Shown: one piece after another, positions 56,601-64,000 of the stretch | Numbering within the stretch: the stretch's first letter is position 1 | Layout: each line of letters begins with the position of its first letter | Source of the DNA: an uncultured Clostridia bacterium | Lineage (GTDB): Bacteria > Bacillota > Clostridia > TANB77 > CAG-465 | Assembly (NCBI GenBank): GCA_934130595.1 | Contig: CAKOYF010000006.1 | Coordinates: forward strand, 8,994-72,993 | Direction: 5' to 3' | DNA length: 64,000 nt | The notes under the pieces: model-generated | The model's input: the letters and a program-made list of their open reading frames with translations, nothing else | What the model was told of the DNA's origin: nothing | The model's database searches: none | Made by a program: the position numbers and the translations under genes

Positions 56601-59600
56601 TTGAAAAATAAGGTTAAAATAATCTCAATTTTTTTGAGCGTATTTTTTTTAATGACAATAAATATTGTAAGAGCAACTGAAGTTTTACCAGATGATGCGG
56701 CTTATGTTTCATCTGTTCAGATTATACAAACTAAGACAGGAACAGGACCATGGGACGATAACGATGAGCCTGGTAATGATAGCTCAGAAGGTAATGATAT
56801 AGTTCGTTCATTTGATCAAGTAACATGGACAGTAGAAAATACAATGGCGCTAAAAGAAGAAAGTAGTAATAGCTATGTTGGTGGAGAGATAAATTTTGAA
56901 GCTACACTTCCAGATGAACTGGATTCTAAACAAGCTAAATGGGATACTGCTTCAATGAGTTGGATTACAAATGCAAAGCTATCATCTGACGGAAAAACAT
57001 TAACAGGAAAATATAAATTAACACAAGAAAAAATAACTATACCAGGAAAACAGACATTAGTTTTTGTAGTTAAGTTATATGGTGTTAAAAATGGAACTAC
57101 ATTTAAACCAACTATAAAAACATGGCTAAATGGAAATGATGAAAAATACTATGCAACTGTAATACCAGATGAAGTAAAGGTAAGTGCTGCTCCTAGATAT
57201 AATGTTAAAATTACTCAAAATGGAAGGGCGCAAATTAAAACTACATTAAACTATGGAAATGGAGACACTAAAGGAAGAATATATGGATATGGTATTGCAT
57301 TACAACTATATAATACAAGTGTATCTAAAGGATTAAGAGGAATAGAATATGCAACTGGGGACATTACTTTTGATATAGATATGAAACTTGAAAGAACATT
57401 ATTTGGAAGTACCAAAAGAGAAGATATTACTTCAGACTGTACACCTGTACTATGGAACTATAAGGCAAATGCTGTAACAAATAGTGGAAATATTTCAGGC
57501 AGAACTATGTATTTTGGAAACTCATATCATAGATATGAACTAACATTACCTCTTGGAGTAAGGGTAAATGAAAGAAGATATTCTGTATATAATTCGGGAA
57601 AAATTAATGTTGTACAAGAAGGTAGTAAGTTAAAATTTACTATTTCAGATTATGATTTTGATGGAACCTTCCCAATATGGTGTTATTCATATGGACAAAC
57701 CACAGAAAGAACTATAAACTATACAGACAATATTGGTAACTTTAGTGTTGCATATATGCAAGTATTTGTACCAGACAATGATGCAAGTACTATAAGCAAC
57801 AGAAATTATTACTTAACACTTAGTGATAACAATTTTAAAGCTACATCAGTTTCAGGAGCTACTACTACAACTCAGATGAATACATCAGATGATGCTAATA
57901 CATTACAGCACATACTATATAAACCAGGAGAGTATAATCAAAACATATGGCCAGTAGAACCAGTTACATCTACTGCTCTAGGGCATTCAACTAACTTTAT
58001 GGGAGATGCATATGGTACATTAGGGCAAAAAATAGATGTATTAACTAAGTTTAATATGAGTGTAAGTGCAGACGATAATGTATACTCTGCAACTAGATTA
58101 ATAAAATATGATGCAGATGCATACGAGCCAATATATTATTCGGATGGAACTAAGTATAGATTATCTTCATTTGCAGGTACAATGAAATTTGATACATATT
58201 ATGTTACTAAAAAAGATGGAACTAACTGGGTATCGCAAGATGAAATGAATAGTGCAGATATTTTAGATTTAAATGTATATAAAACGATAGAAGAAATACC
58301 AGAAGGAGAAGTGTGTGTAGGAACATATTGTGAATCTACTGCTGATCCAGATGGATATATATCTAAATTTACAGGAGACAATAACTGTTTGTGTGTTCCT
58401 TTGAGAATTAAGCAAACAGCTACAATTGGAAAGACTTATGCAATAGTTCCAAGAACTAAATTATGGATAAATTATGTAGATAGAGATGAATATAATATTT
58501 TAAATAATACAAGTTATCCAAAAGTTACTTGGGATTCTGGCGTAAGAAAGTATATAAAAACAGAATATGATGAAGATGGAAAAATGAAGTCTGGAACTCA
58601 TAGTGGTGGTATGTCATATGGTGCTACAATGCTTATAGTAGCAGGTGATGTAACTGTTCAAAAATATGCTATAGATGAAAATGGAAACAGAAAAACTAAT
58701 TATGATATTTCTCAAAATGATACAGAGGTAAAATATAAAGTGGTTCCAAGCATTACTAAAGATGCAAATATTACTACAGATATAACAAATATTACTTTAA
58801 AAATTACAGATACTTTACCAGTTGGAATGCATTATGTTGCTAATTCTGCAAATTATGGAGAACCGGAAATTATAAATAACTCTGATGGAACAGAAACTCT
58901 TATTTGGTATAAATATGATTGTACTGCCGGTAAAGAAATAGAGCCACTTACATATACAGCACATATTAGTGAAGATGTAGAAAATGGTAAACAACTTACT
59001 TCTACAGTTGTTGTTTTAGCTGATGCAGATAAGGTCGGAATCACAAATGAAAAAAACAGAACGGCAACAGAAACAATACAAATTATAAACCTAGCATCAC
59101 ATAGATTATATAAATCTACATCAAAGGCAATAGTTGAAGAAAATGAACAAATAAAATATTCTATATCATATAAAAATAATACAGATAGTGCAATATCTAA
59201 TTTTCAACTTTTAGATATATTACCATATAATGGAGATTCGAGAGGAACAAGTTATACAGGAATGTATAAAGTAGAAAAGATTGTTGTAACACAGCTTGAC
59301 TCAAGTGGAAACAGCATATCTAATGATAATTTAGTTATGAGTTATAGCTCAGATGAAAATTCAAGAACAACTGTAACAAGTAAAGATGAAAATCTTGGAG
59401 ATAATTGGACTAAATTTAGTCCTAATGCAACACTGCAACAATATATGACTGCATTTTGTATAAAAGGAAAAATAGATGGTCAAGTAGAATTAAATGTAGA
59501 TATATATTTGAGTCCGTCAAATAATAACGGACTAGATAAATACGTAAACAGCGCTACTGCACAAGTATACAAAGAAACAGATGAAATGACTACGGGTAAT

Positions 59601-60647
59601 GTTGTTGTTCAAGTCGTAAAAAGAAAAATAGAAGGAATTGCATGGTATGACGAAAACAATAATGGTATTATGGATGATGGAGAAAGTGTTGCATCAGGAG
59701 TAGCTGTTAACTTAGTAGATGATGCTCAAAATAGTGTTACAGATGTAAAAGGAAATGTTGTTGGAACAATATTTACAGATCAAAATGGATATTATTCTTT
59801 TGATAATTTACCAGCAAAGAACTATTTTGTAAAAATAGATACACCTAGTTCAAAATATACATTAACTACTAAGCTTGTAGGGTCAAATAGCCAGAAAAAT
59901 AGTAAATTTAATATAGATTCAAAAGAAACAGATAAAATTACCAAATTAAATTCAATAGATTTACCTAATTTGGTAGTATCAAATGTAAATGCTGGATTTG
60001 TAAAAAAAGAAACAAAAGTAATAACTAAATATATAGATATTGATACAAAAGAAGAAATTTATGATGAAGACACTCAAACAGGTAGAGTAGATGATAATTA
60101 TACTACTCAAAATGAACTAGATAATATAAATAAAAAATATTCTAATATTTATGAATATGTAAAAGTCACTGGAAAACCAAGTGGAACAATGGAAGAAAAT
60201 ACAATATATATAACATATTACTATAGAAAAATAATGGGAAATATAACAATAACAAAAGTAGATGAAGCAGATAATACTAAGTATGTTAGTGGAGCAAAAT
60301 TTAAGATTGAAAAATTAAAAGATGATGGTACTGTAGATACGACTTTTACAGCTAAAGAATATAGTACAAATACTTCTGGAATTGTAAAATTTGAAAATCT
60401 ACTAGTAGGAAAGTACAAGATAACAGAGACATTAGCTCCTAAAGGATATGAATTACTAAAAGAACCAATAAATGTAGAAATTACTAAGGATAGTAGAGAA
60501 ATAAATTTAACTCTAAAAGAAAGAAATTCTTTAGTAATGCCACTTACTGGTGGAAAAAATTGGATAATAGTTACATGTATTTTAGGTGGAAGTGTAATTT
60601 TCATATCTTTAGTAATAAATAAAAGAACAGAAAAAATTAAAATATAG
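56601..60647 (+). CDS. large LPxTG-type (MPLTGG) surface adhesin, probable pilus tip subunit
   Basis: TTG start 8 nt after AGGAGG, then a signal peptide. SdrD-B-like segment (GIAWYDENNNGIMDDGE...GYYSFDNLP), MucBP-like segment, CnaB/SpaA-type segment (GNITITKVDE...GKYKITETLAPKGYEL). The C-terminus has VMPLTGG, a TM helix and KRTEK. Confidence 0.8.
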   Translation: MKNKVKIISIFLSVFFLMTINIVRATEVLPDDAAYVSSVQIIQTKTGTGPWDDNDEPGNDSSEGNDIVRSFDQVTWTVENTMALKEESSNSYVGGEINFEATLPDELDSKQAKWDTASMSWITNAKLSSDGKTLTGKYKLTQEKITIPGKQTLVFVVKLYGVKNGTTFKPTIKTWLNGNDEKYYATVIPDEVKVSAAPRYNVKITQNGRAQIKTTLNYGNGDTKGRIYGYGIALQLYNTSVSKGLRGIEYATGDITFDIDMKLERTLFGSTKREDITSDCTPVLWNYKANAVTNSGNISGRTMYFGNSYHRYELTLPLGVRVNERRYSVYNSGKINVVQEGSKLKFTISDYDFDGTFPIWCYSYGQTTERTINYTDNIGNFSVAYMQVFVPDNDASTISNRNYYLTLSDNNFKATSVSGATTTTQMNTSDDANTLQHILYKPGEYNQNIWPVEPVTSTALGHSTNFMGDAYGTLGQKIDVLTKFNMSVSADDNVYSATRLIKYDADAYEPIYYSDGTKYRLSSFAGTMKFDTYYVTKKDGTNWVSQDEMNSADILDLNVYKTIEEIPEGEVCVGTYCESTADPDGYISKFTGDNNCLCVPLRIKQTATIGKTYAIVPRTKLWINYVDRDEYNILNNTSYPKVTWDSGVRKYIKTEYDEDGKMKSGTHSGGMSYGATMLIVAGDVTVQKYAIDENGNRKTNYDISQNDTEVKYKVVPSITKDANITTDITNITLKITDTLPVGMHYVANSANYGEPEIINNSDGTETLIWYKYDCTAGKEIEPLTYTAHISEDVENGKQLTSTVVVLADADKVGITNEKNRTATETIQIINLASHRLYKSTSKAIVEENEQIKYSISYKNNTDSAISNFQLLDILPYNGDSRGTSYTGMYKVEKIVVTQLDSSGNSISNDNLVMSYSSDENSRTTVTSKDENLGDNWTKFSPNATLQQYMTAFCIKGKIDGQVELNVDIYLSPSNNNGLDKYVNSATAQVYKETDEMTTGNVVVQVVKRKIEGIAWYDENNNGIMDDGESVASGVAVNLVDDAQNSVTDVKGNVVGTIFTDQNGYYSFDNLPAKNYFVKIDTPSSKYTLTTKLVGSNSQKNSKFNIDSKETDKITKLNSIDLPNLVVSNVNAGFVKKETKVITKYIDIDTKEEIYDEDTQTGRVDDNYTTQNELDNINKKYSNIYEYVKVTGKPSGTMEENTIYITYYYRKIMGNITITKVDEADNTKYVSGAKFKIEKLKDDGTVDTTFTAKEYSTNTSGIVKFENLLVGKYKITETLAPKGYELLKEPINVEITKDSREINLTLKERNSLVMPLTGGKNWIIVTCILGGSVIFISLVINKRTEKIKI

Positions 60648-60735
60648 TTGAAAAATGTTTTTTTATGTTGTAGTATGAAATTATAGGCAAATAATATTAT
60701 TAGATGTTTAGATATAAAAGAAGGAGAATAGATAT

Positions 60736-62484
60736 ATGAAAAAGAGCAAAATTTCATTTATACTAGTATTGATGCTAGCTGTAGTAACAATAACAAGTTC
60801 TGTTCTTGCAGTAACAGCTTCAATAGTAGATACAAGCAAAACAGGTTCCTTAACAATTACTGCATTAAACCAAGTAAATGGTGTTACAGATAATGCACAA
60901 GGAATAGCTAGTATAGAATATACACTATACAAAGTAGATGAAGTTGGTGGAACTACTATAACAACAGTAGAACAAGCTGAAAATGCTGTACCTTCATTAA
61001 CAGTTACAGATGTAAAAACTACAGACAGTAAAGGTAAAGTTACATTTACACAATTACCATTAGGTAGATATTATGCAAGAGTAACAAAAGTACCAACAGG
61101 GATTTCTCAAATACCAGAATCATTTTTAGTAGACATCCCTATGACAAACGCTGCTGGTGATGGATGGATTTATGATGTAACAGTAAGTCCTAAAGTAAAA
61201 ACAGCATTAGGAAATGCTGAATTAACAAAAACAGATGGAAATAACCCAATTGAAGGAGTTGTATTTAAAGTACAAGTAAGTACTGATGATGTAAATACTT
61301 GGGTAGATTATATTCCAGATGGTGAAGCTACTGTTAAAACATTAACAACAGGTGCTGATGGTAAATTAAAATTAGAAAACTATCCAATTTCTATAAAAGG
61401 AGAAAATGCCAAATTTAGATTAGTCGAAGTAAGTGTTCCAGATGAAAAATATATTCTAGACAATGCAAACATAGACTATTTCTATGCTCAAGCAGATGGA
61501 ACAACTATAGTTGTTCATAAAGATGGTTCAAAAGAAGCTGCTGCTGAAGTTGGTAAACTTTCAGTAGTTAACGAAAAACCACAAATAACTAAAAAAGTAA
61601 AAGGAAATTTAGATGTTGCTAGTGCTAATGCTACAGATAAAATTCCATATAATGTAACAGTTGGTGTTCCTTCAACAATTGGAGATTTAACAACATTCAC
61701 AGTTACAGATACAATGCCTGATGGTCTAACAGACAGAACAGACATTGTAATAAAAGGAACAATAGCAAATGGTGCTGAGACTGTACCAGAATCTGCTTAT
61801 ACAAAAACAGAAAATGGAAAAGTATTAACTATTGCTTTCAAACCTGAAGAAATCAAAAAATATTCATCAATAATCATAACATACAATGTTAAATTTGATA
61901 TGGCTAAAGTTACTTTAGGTAAAGATGGAAACATCAATACAGCACAATTAGAATATACTAATGTTGTTGAATTAGACGGAACAGAAAAATCTAAAACAAC
62001 TACAGAAGATACTGCAAAAGTAGTAACTGGTGGAATCAAAATATACAAAGTAGATTCAGCAAAAGCTGCTTTAGCTGGTGCTAAATTTAAAGTAGCAACA
62101 ACTGAAGAAAATGCTAAAAATGGTGCTTTCGTAAAAGATGAAAATGGTGCAGATGTTGAAGTTACAACAGGAGCAGATGGATATGCAGAAATCAAAGGAT
62201 TAGCATATAATGATGATGAAACAGCTAAAGATTACTGGCTAGTTGAAACACAAGCTCCAACATATACAGATGAAAATGGTGATGAAAAAGCATACACATT
62301 ATTAGACAAACCTGTAAAAGTTTCTGTAAACGGAGAATCACACACTAAAAACGTTGAAGTTGTAAATAAAAAACCTATTAACTTACCACTTACTGGTGGA
62401 ATGGGAACTGTAATATTAATTGCAGTAGGTGCTATATCACTTGTAGTAGCTAAATCTATTAAAAAAGATGAAGTAAAACAATAA
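60736..62484 (+). CDS. isopeptide-forming pilin (probable backbone subunit)
   Basis: Signal peptide, then TGSLTITA. Pilin-motif-like WIYDVTVSPK, E-box YWLVETQAPTYT. Sorting signal LPLTGG, a TM helix and a KSIKKDE tail. Confidence 0.8.
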   Translation: MKKSKISFILVLMLAVVTITSSVLAVTASIVDTSKTGSLTITALNQVNGVTDNAQGIASIEYTLYKVDEVGGTTITTVEQAENAVPSLTVTDVKTTDSKGKVTFTQLPLGRYYARVTKVPTGISQIPESFLVDIPMTNAAGDGWIYDVTVSPKVKTALGNAELTKTDGNNPIEGVVFKVQVSTDDVNTWVDYIPDGEATVKTLTTGADGKLKLENYPISIKGENAKFRLVEVSVPDEKYILDNANIDYFYAQADGTTIVVHKDGSKEAAAEVGKLSVVNEKPQITKKVKGNLDVASANATDKIPYNVTVGVPSTIGDLTTFTVTDTMPDGLTDRTDIVIKGTIANGAETVPESAYTKTENGKVLTIAFKPEEIKKYSSIIITYNVKFDMAKVTLGKDGNINTAQLEYTNVVELDGTEKSKTTTEDTAKVVTGGIKIYKVDSAKAALAGAKFKVATTEENAKNGAFVKDENGADVEVTTGADGYAEIKGLAYNDDETAKDYWLVETQAPTYTDENGDEKAYTLLDKPVKVSVNGESHTKNVEVVNKKPINLPLTGGMGTVILIAVGAISLVVAKSIKKDEVKQ

Positions 62485-62507
62485 GTATAGGAAAAAATGA
62501 TATAAGA

Positions 62508-62539
62508 AGGGAACTAGTGAAATACTAGCTCCCTTTTTT
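62508..62539 (+). terminator. terminator after the first pilin gene
   Basis: AGGGAACTAGT pairs with ACTAGCTCCCT (one G-U), followed by T6. Confidence 0.65.
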
Positions 62540-62663
62540 GTAATTTTTTTGAAATGAAATTAACATATAACTAAATATAACACTAGAAAATTAATATATC
62601 CAAACCCAATATATCAAATTATGATATATAATATAAATATGAAAAAATATTGGAGGGAAAAAT

Positions 62664-64000
62664 ATGAAAAAAGTACAAAAGAGCTTTTTAGTTTTAGTAA
62701 TGTTAGTGCTTGCTACAATAAGTCTTTCACTAACTGAACTAAAAGCAGCAGATCCAACAACAGGATCACTTACAATAATTTGCCATGAACAAAAAAACGG
62801 TGATACGACAACAAATCCACCATTAAAAGGTATAGAATATACAATATACAAAGTAGATGCAAGTTGTCAAGATGTAGATGCTGCAGAAACATATATAGAA
62901 GCAAATTCAGTAACAGGAATTGCTAAAACAACAGATGCTAATGGTAAAGTAGTTTATTCGGATTTAGCACTTGGAAGATATTATGCAAAAGTAACTAAAG
63001 TTATAGATGGAGTTTCATATTATGAAGATTTTCTTGTAGATATACCTAGAACAAATGAACAAGGAACAGGTCTTATTTATGATGTGACAGCAGAGCCTAA
63101 GGTAGAAACCCTTTATGGAAATATAGAATTAACAAAAGTAGACCAAAATGGTAATCCGTTGAAGGGAGTTACTTTTAAAGTTCAAGTTTCAAATAAAGTT
63201 GCGCCAATGAATTTAAGCGATTTACCTGATAAAGGTTGGGTAGATTATATTTCTGAAGGAAGTTCATCTGTATTAACAGTTACAACAGATTCTAATGGTA
63301 AAATAAAATTAAGTAATTTACCATTTAAAGACACTGAGATGGGATATAGATTAGTAGAAATTTCGGGACCTGATGGATATATTATTAATTCTATTATTTC
63401 TAAGTTGAAATTTTTTATTTATGCAGATGGTAGTATTTATACTAATTATGATTATGGTACTAATCAGTATGATAAACAATTTATTAAAAATGTAACAGAA
63501 ACAAATAATTTAACGTCCGTAACATACATGAATGAAAAACCAACAATAACTAAAAAAGTAAAAAATAGTGCTGGAAATTTTGTAGATAATGCTGGTCTAA
63601 ATATGACAGACGTAGTTACATTTAAATTAACAACATCAGTACCATTACAAATTTCAGACATGACAACATATACAATAACAGATACATTACCAGCAGGACT
63701 TACATTAGATAAATCAAGTATAAAAGTTGAAGGAACAGTAGCAACAGGAAGTGAAACTGTACCAACAAATATATATACAATTTCAGATGATGGACTAACT
63801 TTAACTTTTGATCCTACTAAAATGTATGATACAACATCAGACTTAAAAGCACCAATATACAATGATATAATAGTAACATATAATGCTACATTTAATGATA
63901 ATGCAGTAATTGGCGGAGACGGAAATATTAACACTGCCAAATTAACTTATACTAATGATATTGCAAATAAAACAACAACAGAAATAACAGATACAGCAGA
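62664..64000 (+). CDS. second pilin paralog (3' end beyond the window)
   Basis: Absent from the track because there is no stop. GGAGGG + ATG 62664 gives MKKVQKSFLVLVMLVLATISLS...TGSLTIICHE...LGRYYAKVTKV...LIYDVTAEPKVET...GVTFKVQVS, parallel to the first pilin. Confidence 0.75.
   Translation, partial: MKKVQKSFLVLVMLVLATISLSLTELKAADPTTGSLTIICHEQKNGDTTTNPPLKGIEYTIYKVDASCQDVDAAETYIEANSVTGIAKTTDANGKVVYSDLALGRYYAKVTKVIDGVSYYEDFLVDIPRTNEQGTGLIYDVTAEPKVETLYGNIELTKVDQNGNPLKGVTFKVQVSNKVAPMNLSDLPDKGWVDYISEGSSSVLTVTTDSNGKIKLSNLPFKDTEMGYRLVEISGPDGYIINSIISKLKFFIYADGSIYTNYDYGTNQYDKQFIKNVTETNNLTSVTYMNEKPTITKKVKNSAGNFVDNAGLNMTDVVTFKLTTSVPLQISDMTTYTITDTLPAGLTLDKSSIKVEGTVATGSETVPTNIYTISDDGLTLTFDPTKMYDTTSDLKAPIYNDIIVTYNATFNDNAVIGGDGNINTAKLTYTNDIANKTTTEITDTA

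Overview
AT-rich, gene-dense chromosomal segment from a spore-forming, Clostridia-class Firmicute (spoIVA is present). About 59 of the roughly 62 genes are on the + strand, and nearly all minus-strand ORFs in the track are antisense shadows. Positions 1-30 kb are mostly housekeeping: pyk (partial), sufCBDSU, an Rrf2 regulator with a nifS-type desulfurase and mnmA, spoIVA, pyrG, tsaD, tRNA-Trp, a CDF transporter, glycolipid and phospholipid enzymes, and nrdDG. Positions 30-46 kb are accessory or adaptive: an Rpn-family nuclease followed by a free-standing duplicated copy of its own tail; a cadC/HMA/cadA metal-efflux operon in which cadA is split by one in-frame TAG; small-molecule enzymes (DUF362, flavodoxin, guaD-like deaminase, cupin, hydrolase); and an ABC transporter plus two-component module. 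Positions 46-64 kb form a cell-surface block: a large dual-HTH regulator divergent from an operon of two NPETG-anchored surface proteins, then bile-salt hydrolase, a MATE/cytidylate-kinase-like fusion, a D,D-carboxypeptidase, and a sortase-type pilus locus (tip adhesin plus two pilins with LPLTGG-type signals) that runs off the window. No sortase gene lies in the window. I saw no CRISPR array, rRNA, integrase or bounded IS element. The most interesting candidates are the Rpn nuclease with its externalised tail ORF, the tandemly duplicated two-gene membrane-protein cassette after spoIVA, and the regulator plus NPxTG-protein operon. All functional calls rest on motif recognition by eye; no database search was possible.
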